NCBI GenBank assembly: GCA_964247055.1
Contig: OZ176055.1
Coordinates: 5,022,001-5,086,000, forward strand
Direction of reading: 5' to 3'
DNA from: Paragordius varius
Lineage: Eukaryota; Animalia; Nematomorpha
DNA length: 64,000 nucleotides
This document shows positions 13,493 to 27,800 of this stretch, one piece after another. The position numbers were made by a program, and so were the translations under genes. The notes beneath the pieces are model-generated. The model saw nothing but the letters and a program-made list of their open reading frames with translations. It was not told where the DNA came from and made no database searches. The stretch's first letter is position 1. Every line of letters begins with the position of its first letter.

Positions 13493-16400
13493 GATCCAGA
13501 TATATTGTAACCATTATATGTTAGGTGTCATACTGCCTTAGGTGTAGATTTCATTACCTTTTAGTTTGAAAAAAAAATTTATCGTCTTAGGCAAAATAAA
13601 AAAAAAAATTAATTTATTTTTTTTAAAATTTTTTTACTACGATTTATAAAAGCTTTCCCTAGCGCTTGCTTGACCTTGTATTGAAAGTTGATTTGTATAT
13701 ATCATTCAAAAAGAGTTTTGGTGGCCGATTTAATTGATATATTCAAAAAATTACTGAAAAAAGGGTCCCAATTTAAATTTTCTATTCTAATAAAATTTTT
13801 TAAAACCAAAATATATGAAAAAAAAATTGTTGAAAAAATGTTCCATATCAAACTAATTCTACACCATTTTTATTTTACAAAGTTTTTGAAAAATATCGTA
13901 TTTTTATTAAGCTTATGCACATATATCTTGTTGACTAAATTTTTACCTTGAGGATAAGTAATATCAGGATTTTAATGAAATTTTTTGACGCATCAATCAT
14001 ATATAAGCGCGAACTTTTGCAATGGCTTTAATTTTTTCCATGTAAAATACTAGCCTTCATCCCCTTTTGAGTTAGTTTTATATCCAAAACTTGTTTCAAT
14101 GAACATCTCTTAAATTATTTAAGGTATTTAGCTGAATTAAAAAAATACCTTCGTACGCCTTTTTGGCGCATTATACAAAAAAAATTTTTTTAAATGTAAA
14201 ATTGAAAAAATCCTCATGTCAAAAATCTTTTGCCGCCATTTTTTAATATAATTTTTTAAATCGCTAATGTTATTATGGTTAAAAAACGTAAAAAAATTCA
14301 GGATATATTTTACGTGCCCTTGATTTATTTTTTAATATCATCGGTTTTTTTCAATCGTGTTTTGGCACTGTCATCTAGAAGTCACAAAATTGTAAAATAT
14401 AAGCTTTTTATCTAATACATGAGAAAATGTTTTATAATTTTTTAAGTAATAAACTAAAAATTCTAGTTAAAAAATTTAGCTCTGGGATATAAAACTACCC
14501 CAATATGTACACGGGAAAAAGGCCAAAATGTAATATAGTAGGAATAGGCCTGGAATCCCCAAACCCAGTTTAATCGGAGACTAAAAATGTTATCCAATTG
14601 TAGTCATAATTTAATTATCAACATTGTTATCAAATTAGATATTTTAATTATTTGTAACTTTTGCTTTCTAACTAGCGATGAAGTTTTCAACATGCGGCCC
14701 TTCTAAATATTTACGCAGCTCACCAAAAGTTTTAACAGGTACCCAATAAAAATTCATAATTAAGAATTGCTATTTATTAATATATGATTATATACATTTC
14801 TAAAGTCTTTCTGAATTTAGGTGATGAAATAGCAAAAATTGATTTATCATGCGTTTGTTAATTTTTTAGAGTCGTATGTTAGCACTTGAATGCAACACAT
14901 TCATTTCAGTCCTCCGATTCAAATGGCAGTTTCTGGGGACCCCAGGCCTATTATCAAATTCTATAAATATGGAAAAATCCGAAACCATTCCAAATTGGAC
15001 ATACCGGAAATATAAAAAAATCATTTTTATAAACTTGATATTACTTAATTTGTGGATAATCCTATGGTTAAAAAGCCAAAAAAATATGTGCATTGGCTAT
15101 ATAAAAAAATTTTTATGTTTGATATTTTTAATAAAAAAAGTTACTTTAACTTTGCGTTAAAATAAAAACACTGTTTTTTAAATATGTTGTGATGGCGTCG
15201 AAGCAATTTGATATGGAGATTTTTTAAAAATTAAATTTTATTTAAATGTTTTGGCTTATTTATTTAATTTTTATTATGATATAAGCGTAAATTTAAATTG
15301 AAACCTTCTTCTAGTAGTTGTAATTTAAATTTAGTTTGGCTTTAGATACCCCAATTTCAATCTAAGTGTCAAATTTAATAAAATATTTATTAATGCCCAT
15401 ATATTTTTCGATAGAGTGTTGTATTTTTTAAGTCAAAAAATGCGGCCGGTGAGCTTGTCGAGCACCCCTGTTTTAGAGTATAAAATTGGGATAGCTCGAA
15501 AAATCCATAAAACAAACGGCTGATATTAAATCAAACTTTGCTAAAGAATTTTGAAGCATTCTCAACTTAATTTTTAACGCTTTTTGTTTATAATACATTA
15601 TTTGTCTGTTGTGTTGTAGTGCAATTTAAGAAGATCCAGAGAAAAAAAAGGGGGGGGGGAAGTTTCAGATAAGGTTTTTATATATTACTTTTTTTTAAAA
15701 TTGAATCTCTAAAAAGATAAAGAATGCCTATTTTTGACTTCATTTTAATTTTTATCCCTCTGGGGAAAACTACCGCAAAAGATAATGAAGTGTTAAGGTT
15801 AAAAATAGAGCTTAAATTAAAGGCTTTTGATGAAAGCAGATTTGATTATATATTAAATCAGCTAATTAATGGATTTGAGCTATTATTTTAGACTTTAGAA
15901 TTCGTGTCATGCACGCGGCCCTATAAGATCAAAAAAATTGGACAATTAGTACTAAATAATACAGAAATTTGTAATTTGTAGAAGTATTTACGAAAATAAA
16001 TCGATATAAGTCTTTTCAAATATTGGTATCGAACTCGCAAAAATTGGCAAAATAAATAGTAATTACATTGTCATCGTAATTCTTTTCATAGTCTTTATTC
16101 GAAACAAGTAAAATATTTATATTCCTCATATATTTTTCGAATACAACCTGCCATTTTTTGATTTAAATATGCTGCCCGTGAAGCCATTTGTGTAAGTGCT
16201 CAAATAATAAAATTATAAACACCTTATTTCATTATTATTTTTTTTGTACGGGATGACATTTTGGGGAAGTTTTTTTTTCCAAAGCATAAAGTAGCAAATA
16301 AACATTGTTTTGAAAGTTATTTTGGTTAATATTTATCCATCAAACCCTCATCTATATTATAAAAAATGGATTTTTACAGTTCTTTAGCTTCGAAAATCCA

Positions 16401-18972
16401 AAATTCAGATGACTTCAATACAAAATCAATAAATATAAAAAATGTGCTGTTATATTAATGTACTCTAAAGTTAATTATTTAATTAACCATACATTTATTT
16501 GCCTGTTGTTTTCACGAGTTAAAAAGAAAAGAAAAAAATGGCCGCAAAAAATTTAAATGAGGATTTTTATACAATTTTACATTTTTAAAAAAACTTTTTT
16601 GTAGCATGCGCCTAAAAGGCTAAAGAAAGCATTTGACCTATATGCTAAAAATATTTTTTAAAATATTTAAGTTTTAAATTTTTTTGGGTATAAAATACAC
16701 CAAACAGGAAGTGTTAACATTCATGCAAACGTTCACATGCCATCGAAGGATCATTGACGACCCAGGGTTAAAAATTTTCTAATATACTAATTGACCCTGT
16801 CATGCTTCGAACCAAGTCTCACCGATATTATTCTTGGAAAATTTTTGCAATTAGCGGAAATGGGGTGGAAAAAATAATAAAACCTAACCATATCTCAAAG
16901 ACTGCATTTAACTGATATTTTACCGGGTTTTGCATACGCTTAAATATTGTCCAAATTAAATATTTCTCTTGACAGTTAATCTCATTTATAAAGGGAAGTA
17001 TGAATAATTATTCGAATTAAATGTGTTTTATAAGTTATTTTTATTTGGTGGCGTATTTAGTTTAAAAGCGCTCCAAAATAATTTTTAAATATAAAAAAGA
17101 TCCGTAAATATTTTAAATTTGTTTATATATAGTGGAAAATCTTTTAGACTTTTAGGTGTATATTTTGCTCTGAAGCTAATACAGGGACTACATTAAAAGC
17201 GAGGGTCTGCCAAGCTGAATTAAATGTAACTAAATTAATGCATTTATTCAAATATTATTAGATAAAAATAATAATTTATTTTACACTTCTTAAAATGGAA
17301 AAATAGAGTGAAGAGATAATTAAAAAATTTCAGAAAATTCAGGAATACAATAGTAAATGAATAAAAATAAATTATATCTGACAGAATTAATTAATATCAG
17401 CTCAAAATGTAATTTTGTGTATGATATTATTAATGATAGGGCCGCAGTAAATATGACTGACCGCCGGCTTGCCAGGGTTCGACCTTGTCTTTACACATTA
17501 TTCTGTTTATACAAACAAATGCCTTTAAACAAAGGTAGCTTTCTGGTAGAATACGAATATCATTATAGTTTGATCAATTAATAAAAGTGATTTCCTCCTG
17601 TACCTAAATTTTATTATTAGAGTGAATCTTCGTTCATGTTCTCTGTGAGCCACTTTGTCGGGATGAAAAACAAGTTTGTGAGGATCAGATGGCATATCGA
17701 TGCGATTTTAAATAAGTGTAAGTCATTTATATGAAATAGGTTCTGTCACTAAATATACCGCTTAAGATTGGTAAAATTACCACAACAGACACCAAATTCA
17801 TATTTTTAATCTCCAGACAAAATATATTAAAAAAATTTGTGATGCCTTTGAACTGGAAGTAAAGAGCCATCTTTATGAGAGATTTGGCCTTTAACCATAA
17901 AGGCTAAATCATTAGTTGGAAAAACGGTGTCACTTAAAAAAAATTGTATCTTCTAATTTTAAATATGTTTAGAATTGAATGTAACTCTGGTTAAATTATT
18001 TAGCGATAAAGGTTTAAAAAGGTGACAAATACAATTATTCGAAAGACAACACAATATTTTGGATTTATTTAATCTTAAAGCATTACAATAAGAACAAACA
18101 ACACTCATAATATAACCATGCTTTCTCAAACCATCCGGTAAACTTTTATGTGTTACCATATACAAAAGTTAAATTTAATTCAAAAAAATTTATGCTGGCC
18201 AATTAAAAATATTCTTATATACTTTTTTGCGCATTAATGAAAATTCCGATCTGTTAAAATTTTTAATACGGAAAAAAATTATTGAAATAATATTAATTTG
18301 TGTTAAAGGCCATTTGGTGGAAGATGTTCTCTTTTTTTAAAACTTCTTGGAGGAATTGAATCGTTATATGAAGCTAGGTAAACTAAATAGAGAAAGTATG
18401 GGACAAAAGGGCAACCCAAACAGGTATGTTTAATCGCTGCTTTGTGGATTTAGTATTTTTGATATTAAGATTTTTTTAATTGTTGGTTAATGGATACTTA
18501 TTATGTAATCAATTAATTAAGGTCATGTATATATTTATTGGTGAACTTTAAATTTGAGTAGAAGGGCCCAATCATCTGCTATCAATCAAATCCATAATGA
18601 GTGAGATATAGTAACCGATTTATTGTTTTAAGATAAATGCAAATATTAATTCCTGAGTTACCAAATCCGTCAGGGTAATGAGCCTTTTAGATTGCACCCT
18701 TTACATGGGGTGTTATTTATTTCTAAAGTAAAATAAAAAAACATATTTGAGATGGCTTTCAATTGGTAGTAATAACAGACCATTTTAAACCAATTATTTC
18801 CCTACATGATTTGATTATGGAAAAATGGGTTTTACTATTGGTCTTATTTTTTCGTTAAGCATGGTTTAAGGAGAAAAAAATAAATAAAATAAAGAAATAA
18901 TAAAAATATATAAAAAATAATAATAAAATATATCATATATAATATATATTATAAATAAACTCATAATATACA

Positions 18973-21900
18973 TAAGGTGACCAGATTTTTTGAAGGAAAA
19001 AGCGGGACAAATCTGATAGGGGGTCATTGGGGGGTACAACCAAAAATTAATACACAAAATTTATTGTAATATTTATTTATTTTTAACACAAATACATTAT
19101 ATATGTAAAAAAATTTGTACCTTACAGGTTGTTTGTACCTTATTCAATAACATGTGCAAGAACAAAGAGTGAAGTGATAATATTCTAGAAAAAAATAATA
19201 AAGTCGAAATCATCACTAAGTGCGCTGGGTGATGCAAGAAGCGGCACAAAAAATATTTTTAACAATTTAGCGAAGAATCTTAATGAAAACATTATTGGCA
19301 GATACACAACGCTATTCAAACAGCTACTGATTTGTTAACCCTGGATGTGGGAAATATAGATGTTAAAATGCTTGGATATAATAAAACTGTTGGTTAGCTC
19401 TTTTGCCAGCGATTGAAATATTTATAAAAATGTAATCTCCTAGAACCCTATTTATCACAGGACAAAGGTCAAAATTCCAAGTCAAAAAAGGGAAAATAAT
19501 TTTATACCAATACCTAATCGCAATATAATAAAGCATCTAGACAAACAAGGCTTAATGAATAGCCAGCTTTTAAATGTTTTATACAAACAGAAACGATTGT
19601 TTGGAAGACAAGACGGTGCACAATGACACTTTTTTATGGAGTCTCATTATTAAATAAATAAATTGAATGAAAACTTATATTATGGACAACATAAAAAATA
19701 CGTAGGATATAAATGGTTAAAATAATCATTTTTAAACAAATTATGTTCCATACAAAAATTATTTAATTGTAGAATTTGCATTATCTTTACCTAAACCACT
19801 GTATTGAATGCGTTTTCCACAGTAAATTAAGTAAGACACGGAATCAAATTTAAATTGAATAAAAGCTTTGAGTGAATGCGTTTTATCAGATTGTCATCAT
19901 TTTTTAAAATATTGCAGAAGTCTTCACATTTGTCAAATTATATTTGACAGATAAAACGGCCTTTAAAGTTTCAACATATAAATTTGATTTTTCCGATGTC
20001 CACACCTGATTTACTGTGGAAAAAACGCGCTCAGTAGCAGCGTTGGTTCCAGGTAAAGATAGTGCGAATCCCACAGTTTTTAAAAAATTATTGTATAAAA
20101 CATAGTTTGTTCCAAAATGATGAAATATGTCCAACCATTTCTTTTCTACTGTAATATTTTTCTTTTGTCCATAATTTAAGCTTTTCATTATTAATGTATC
20201 TTTTAACTAATGATACTTCAGAAAAAAGATCATTTTCAGAAAGATTACTTTTTGAGAATTTTTGGGAGCAGATATAATCAAATAATTTTTGAACATCGCA
20301 CCAATTAAATTCTGATTTTGATGTTATCCAATGAAAATAATCAATTTAATTGAATTGCGTCGTCCAGTCTTCCAAATAATCTTTACAGTTTGTATAAAAC
20401 ATTTTTATATGTACAGGATATCTTGGCGATTTATTAAGCCTTGTTTTTCTAAATTATGTATTATAATGCAGATGGTTAATGGTATAAAATTATTTTCAAA
20501 CAACCGTTCTTGACATTGGAATTTCAGGTTACTAACTTCATTGGCTACTTCGATTGCCGAAATTCTGTCACATTCTATAAATTTAAGAAAGAAGGCAGCT
20601 TCATTATGTAAGAATTCTAACCATATTTTTGAAGAATCACTTTCAAAAAACTTTTTAAAGTTGTAGGACATTTGTCCTGTGATAAAAAAAAGATTTTAAA
20701 GAATCATACATTTTTAAAATTCGATAGCTGGCATAAAAGCTAACCAACGAGTTTTACAATATTAAAGCATTTTTTGATATGAACTTCTGCATTTTCACAG
20801 AATTCTTTAAGCGTTTCAACACGTACCGTTTAAAAATAGGAATATATTTTAACAACTACATTTTCTACATCTAGGGGTAACAAATCAGCAGCTGTTTAAA
20901 TAGCGTTGTGTATTATATACGCTGCACACCCAACGACAATAATGTTTTGATTAAGATTATCTGTTAATTTATAAAAAATATTTTTCCCCTCCTATCCACC
21001 AAAGTTCGTATTGGTGTTGTCAGCGCAATGTGCCATAATTTGTCTTTTAAATTATTTTTTTCTAGAAAATGGATTATTGAAGTAAATATATCGGAATTTC
21101 TCGTAGATAAATTAAATCTAAAATTTTAATTTTTACTCCGGTTTCTGAATCATAATATCTTATTAAAATGGGCATTAATTTTGTTTCATGGTGATTTAAT
21201 GCATCAGAGTATAGGGATAGGAAATTAATTTTCAGCAGATCTTTCTGTATTTCAGAAAATGCATGTGGCGAAAGGACATTGTTAATGGCTTCATCCTTTG
21301 TATGGGCACATGTAAATTTTTTATGGAATACGAAAAACCTGTGAGGTACAGTCTATAAATCTAAAGGAATGATTGTGATTAACGGCGTGAAAAGATAACA
21401 CGCCCTCAGCTAGTGCCAAATTCTTTTCCTCTCCAAAAGCGGTTTTTCGAAAAAAATCGCTCATTTTGTAAGATGATGCCGCCATATCTAAACGTTTTTT
21501 ATGTTTCTATGTTTCCATATTTTGTAATATCATGCTTGCCGCCATGTGCTAGGGTGAATTCCCCCTCGCATATAAGACATTTAACAGATGATTCATTTTT
21601 CGTTTTTTTGTGAAAGGAAAATCTTTCATTAAATCATCGTTGAATTTACAACCTCTTTTTGTGCTCATATTTATAAACTACTATTAGTATAATAAATATT
21701 ATATTACCTTAATTTTCTGGAATAAACGTGTAAGCTACAGATTTGTGGTATCAATTTGTCTTTTAAGCTACCGATTTGTGGTATTAATTTGGCTTTTTAA
21801 TAATGTTGGCAAGTAATATAACTAAAATATTAGTATAATAAATATTATATTACCTTAATTTTCAGGAATAAACGTGTAAGGTACCGATTTGTAGTATCAA

Positions 21901-22195
21901 TTTGTCTTTTAATCTAGAGATTTGTGGTATTAACTTGGCTGTTTGATAATGATGACAGTAGTAGTAGGAAGGAAGTATAATCATATGATATAAATTCGAA
22001 AAAAATAAATATTTTTAATTTAAAAATAAAAAATTTTAATTTAAAATTTATATAGATTTTAAAGATATTTAATGATAAAAAATTTATTTGTATTAAAAAA
22101 AATTTTTTTTATATAATCGTGAAAAAGCGGGACATTTTAAAAACGTAGCGGGACGCGGGACAAAGTGTGAAAAAGCGGGACGTCTGGTCACCTTA
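18973..22195 (-). mobile_element. hAT DNA transposon, 3223 bp, with degenerate transposase
   Basis: TIRs TAAGGTGACCAGA / TCTGGTCACCTTA, exact 8-bp TSD AATATACA (18965-18972 and 22196-22203), subterminal GCGGGAC repeats, and an approx. 150-bp tandem duplication at about 21680-21960. Confidence 0.92.
19904..21668 (-). pseudogene. hAT transposase pseudogene with frameshifts and stops
   Basis: Starts MSTKRGCKFN, then a zinc-finger-like KCLICEGEFTLAHGGKHDI, then AEGVLSFHAVNHNHSF, FTCAHTK, KTRWLAFMPAIE, and the C-terminal dimerisation motif LSLPGTNAATERVFS. Confidence 0.85.
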
Positions 22196-22489
22196 AATAT
22201 ACATATATATACTTATACATAATATAAAAGATCTTTATTAAAAAATATCATTATTTCATTCAAAAGAAATTACCTTTATAATAATTTTTTATATATTTTT
22301 TATTTTTCGTATTACTTAAAGTATATTACATATTCCAATCATAATTCGTATCCCTCAGTTGCAAGGATTATTTTATTTTTATATATTAATATATTTATTT
22401 ATTTTTGGTTCAATTTTTTTTCATTTAATTTTTGTTACTATATATTGTAGTATTATTTTTTTATCTATGGAAAGTGCTTGGAAACGCTG

Positions 22490-24848
22490 GATTAAATTTC
22501 TTGGAGGGTTATTTTAATAAAATTGTTTCAACTTATGAAATCCCGGTTGAATGGAAGGAAAGTTTAACTGTGCCTATGTTTAAAGGAAAAGCTGATATAA
22601 ATGAATGTAGTAACTATAGAGGAATAAAACTAATGTCGCACACCATGAAATTGTTTGAAAAAATAATTGAAAAACGAATCAGGAAAATGATATCTATAGA
22701 GGGGAATCAATTTGGTTTCATGCCAGGAAAGTCAAAGACCCTATACATGCGGTTAGGAGGTAGATTGAAAAACACATTGAAAAAAAGAAAGAATTACAAG
22801 GGGTTTTAATCGACATAGAGAAGGCGTTTGACAGGATTCCTAGAGAAACTATTTGGTGGAGTCTCCGTCGTAAAAAGGTGCCAGAAAGTTATATTAAGTT
22901 GTTACAAATAATGTACCAATACCACACCTCCAGGATTAAAACCCCACAAGTTTTATCAGAGCCCTTTTCCATAAAGCATAGAGTCTACCATGGCTAATCA
23001 CTCAGCCCCTTATTGTTTATAATTTGTATGGACGAGGTAGCCAAGGTCGTTAATGTAAGGTCAGGTTGGTGCTTAATGTATGCAGATGGCATAATCATCT
23101 TGTCTGATTCATTGGCTGAGTTAAAGCAAACGGTAAACAGATGGGTTATTATGAAACAATACGGTCTGAAAGTAAACAAAGCAAAAACCGAACTTATTTT
23201 GGGGGTCCACAACATGAAATGGAAGTTGATGATAGTTGGGTTCTGATGGGTAAAGAAAGTTGCAAATATTTGGGGGCTATGTTAAGTTCAGATGGATCGT
23301 TGAACGATGATATTGATTAAGAATAAAGAGCAGTTAGGTAAATTGGAAGAAAATTTCAAGCGTGTTTGATCGAAATATTGATGTTAGAGTGAAAGATTAC
23401 ATATACAGTTCAGTTGTTCAACCCACTGATGTATAAAACTAGACAACAAATTTGACTTTTTTTAACTGCCATTCTTAAAAATTTATAATTTATTTCAATA
23501 AAGTACATAAATAGTATATCTGAAAAGAAAATTGGTCTAACACCTAAGAATTTTTTTTATTAAGGTTTATCGATAATTTTTGGCCCCGATTTAACATTAA
23601 ACTCGTAATTTAAAAGTTTTAGACAGGCCATGTATTTTATATCATTCGAAAGAGCGCAAAAAACTGTATCTTTCAAATGGTATTAAGTCATTTAAATCAA
23701 TCGAATGTAAAAGTTACTGGATTTACATGGTCGAAATTTCAACTCTAAAATAAGTCAAAAATTTTCACAGACAAACTAATTTGAAAATCATATAAATTAT
23801 TTTAATATTATTATTAGGGTTATATTAGTATTTAATTTAAAAAAAATGTTTGAAAAAGCTTTTGGTTTGCTTTTTTAATAAAAATTATTATTATCATAAA
23901 CATTTTACCTAGTGGATACTAAAATGCATAGTTATAACTGTAAATTTATTACATAATGGCTATAAAAGATCAAAAATACCTTAAACTTTGTTTTTATCTT
24001 TAAAATTTTGAAATTATAAGCCTCGTAAAGAAAATAAATTAATATTGATGTGATGGTAATTTTTAAAAAACAAAAAACTTAAAAATGGCTGTTTTGAGTG
24101 ACATAAAAGCAATAAAAAAATGTTTTAATCAAAAAAATTTCTTGTGTAATCTTTTTTGGACATTCATCACCATCTAAACATAGTTTGAGCTATTTTCATC
24201 CATTAGTTTTAAAAATATATTAATTAAAAAAATGCTCTCTCTTCGCGCGTTTGTCGCTCTCTATGTCCAATATTAACTATCGATGTAAAACATATTATTA
24301 AGTTATAGAACTTGTATTACTCTTTCGAATGATATATTACCAACGAGCATTTCTTGTATATTTTCAAAGAAGAGCATTTTTTAGCAGAAATTTGATAAAG
24401 CGCATAATCAAAAAAATACGATTTTACAAAATTCTTAGGTGGAGTTATAATTTTATTTCAGATGTACTGTTAAAATAGTAGTAAATATCAGAAAATGAAA
24501 ACTCGAGTGGCAGAAAAATTTGTTGCGAGTGTAATTCACAGACGTGGGGTGTCAAAAAATCCGAAGAAAGACATTTTAACGTGACTGAAATGAAAATGCT
24601 TCGAATGATGTGTGGGGTAGCAAGAAAAGACGGAATTGAGAATAGATTTATTCGTGGGAGCTAATAGGCTACGTTGGTTCGGGCATGCCAAAATAATAGA
24701 TAGTCATATAAACGTGGGCGGCCTAAAACGAAATGGATAGATACAGTAAAGAAAGCTAGCAGCATTCGAATGCAAAGGACGCCATAGATAGTCTATGGCG
24801 AGACAGGTTGTATCACGAGTGAAAACATGTAATGTAATAATAATAATA
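22490..24848 (+). pseudogene. RTE-like LINE reverse transcriptase and 3' end, interrupted by a family A MITE
   Basis: WKESLTVPMFKGK.DINECSNYRGIKLMSHTMKLFEKIIE, NQFGF, DIEKAFD, LMYADG, then GRPKTKWIDTV and a (TAA)n tail at about 24833-24848. Confidence 0.88.
23437..24531 (+). mobile_element. Family A MITE inserted in the RTE LINE
   Basis: Ends are AACTAGACAACAAATTT and AAATTTGTTGCGAGTG, with exact TSD TAA (23434-23436 and 24532-24534). Confidence 0.88.
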
Positions 24849-24859
24849 TATGTTCTTAT

Positions 24860-27800
24860 TAATTGTATTTTTATTTTTTATGGGTTTAGTTTATGGGGCC
24901 AGATGCTGCACGGAGGTGGGGACCAATAAGGATAAGGAATGTTGTAGAGGGTGTTTTGCCAGTATAAATGTTGGTTGGTTAATAAGTAAGCTATATGAAT
25001 TAGTTGAAACTATGAGGGTAAAAAGGGTAATTTTCTTGTGCATTCAGGAGATAGATGCCGTGGAAACGGGACTATGACGTTAAAGGGTAACTATTAAATG
25101 TTTTATCCAGGTTCTAAGGATGGTTACAGTATTTTCGCCATAATAGTGTGTCCAAGATTATCCAAAAGTAATTAAGGTTAGATGTTCTGACAGTAGAATT
25201 ATAACTAATGACTTATTGTTAAATAAGGATTTATAAACGGAGAAATGATTCATTAACAAAAGACAGAGAAATCATATTTTGTGTGATTTCAATGGGCATG
25301 TGGGACAAAATAGAAGAGGTTTTGAGCGTTGGCATGGCGGAAAAAGTTACGGGTTTAAAAATGAACAAGGGGCTAGTTTATTAAGATAAGCTCAATCTTA
25401 TAAATTGGCTATAACAAATAAGTTTACTTAAAGGGTAGCCATTTAATTACCTACGAAATTAAAAATATGAGGTCCCAAATCGATTATATCCCTATTCCGC
25501 GAATTTAATGTATGTTGCGGCCTGCAAATACATACCTAACCTGCAGGACATAACATAATTTAATTATGTGTAAATATATGACAAATATAACATTAAATGC
25601 TAAAAAGCGTTAAGCTTATAGCGCCGAAAGAATTAAATGGGATTCCTTAAGATACAGTAAAAAAATATTTGTAGAAATGGTAGGCATACTAGACTGGAAT
25701 AGCGATCCAGAAGGTGTTTGATCCCAGGTGGCTAAAACAATTAGAGAGGCGGGATTTAAGATGTGCGGAATGAACGATGGTAAATCAGGTGTTTAGAGAG
25801 GCATGGGTGAAAGATGAAAGAATTATTTTAAAATCGCGGAAAAGTAAAGCTTTTCATGTGGAGGTTTACTCACCAAGCAGAAGACAATGTAAAATATAAA
25901 GACTAGCTGGCCCTGTCACGCTTCACTGTTACGTAGTCTCACCCATAATTATTCTTAATGATTTGCAATACGTAAAGGTAATGAAGATAAAAAAATTGTA
26001 AAAAACATATTTGATAAAAAGAATGTCTTACTTTAATTATTCTTTTATTCGAAATTGACTATATTTAAACTGTCCTTTATTAAAGTTAATATTCAACTAT
26101 CATTGGATTTTTTTAAGAATTTCGTTTCACGTAATCATGGTTAAAATTTTTATTTTGAAATTGTGTTCACACAGCTGGTATCAAGGGACAAAAAAAGTAA
26201 AGTGGTCCCCTTTTAAATACATTCCCCAGAGATGTGTTTAACTAAACTCGTATGGCTTCTTAATTTTTTTGAAAATTAGCTCCAAAACTACGCCATTTTT
26301 TATGGCCTCTTAGTTTAAACCGGTAGACCCCTGCCCCTAGACCTATAAGGAAAAAGGGCGGAGTTAAATTCTTTGTCTTTATAGGGCAAATATTTGGAAT
26401 CATCTTTGATACCATCGTCTCATGGGTTATTTAAAAAATACTTCTCCACTAAATTGGCGTATTTTTAGGGCATAAAGGCCCCAAAATAACGGCTAATAAA
26501 AAAACGCCTGACCTTTTTTACCTAGTACGGGTAACAAGCTTTTAATGATATGACTTCATAAATTTTCTGTAAATTAGCTCCAAAACAACGCAATTTCTAT
26601 ATAGTGGCGCAGTTTTTGGCAGGTAGCTACTAACCCAGGGGCAAGTATAAAAATGCGCTGGGCAAAATTTTTGGCTTTATATGGGGAATATCTGGAATTA
26701 TCATGGATTCTATATGTTCCTATTAGATTCATAGGTTTTCTGAAATTCGGCTCGAAAGGCATGCTATATCGATATGGTGACGCAGTTTTACACGGGTAGC
26801 CCCCTAACCAGGGGCGAAACAAAAAATCGCTTGATTTTAATTTTTGCCTTAATTCGGGTAATACATGGATTCATGATTAATTCCATATGCTCTCGTGGGA
26901 TTTTCGGAAAATTGCCTCGAAATCAAAAAGTCATTCTATGGTGGGGCATTTTTCAGGGCAAGGGCCAATTATGGGATAATTTAATAAAACCGCTCTGCTT
27001 AAATTTTTGCCTTTTTACGGGTAATATTTCAAGCCCTTATTGAACTTATATGGCTTGATAAGTTTTAATTTGCCTCCAAAGTCACGCTGTATCGATATGG
27101 TAGCGCAGTTGTTGGCGGGTAGCCCCCTAACCAAGACCAATAGAAAAAACGTTCGAAATTTTTTTTGCCTTTATAGGGGAATGCCTGGATCATCATTCAT
27201 TCCTTATGTTCTTAATAATTTTAGGAAGAATGGCTTTTAAACCAAACAATAGTTTCAATGATAGCGCATTTTTTAAGGGCCTATAGGGCCTAATTAACGG
27301 CTAATTTAAAAACCGTTCGACTTAAGTTTTTGCCATTTTACGGGTAATATTTCAGGCCCTTTTAAACTTATGTGGCCCGCTCTAACAACGCAATTTCGAT
27401 ATGGTGGGGCAGTTTTAGGCCGGGTAGCTCCCTACCTAGAGGCTGATAAAAAAAGCCCCTAATAACTGGAATCAAGATTGATTCCATATGCTCGCATTAG
27501 TTTTTGGAAAAATCCAAACTAAAAAATCATTCTATGGTGGCGCATTTTTCAGGGCGTTAAGGGCCTATTTAACGGATTTAAAAAATCGTACGACCTAATT
27601 TTTTGCCTTGTTACCGGTAATATTTTAAGCACGTTTTGCATTCATATGGTCTCATGGGTTTTCTGAAATTTAGCCCCAAAGGGACTCTATTTCAATATGA
27701 TAGGGCAGTTTTTAACGGGTATCTCCTTACCCAGCAGCCAATATAAAACGCACAGCTAAAATTTTTGCCTTTTAACAGGGAAAATCTGGAATCCTCATTA

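Noticed and set aside
16740-16771. piggyBac-like end (AGGG|TTAA)
   Set aside because: I could not identify the matching opposite end or TSD, so it is not reported as a feature.
17620-17700. Minus-strand peptide MPSDPHKLVFHPDKV resembling the J-domain HPD motif
   Set aside because: No flanking J-domain helices and no consistent exon structure; likely chance.
18305-18330. RPFGG resembling a PIF1/Helitron helicase motif
   Set aside because: The frame closes within a few codons and no other helicase motifs are nearby.
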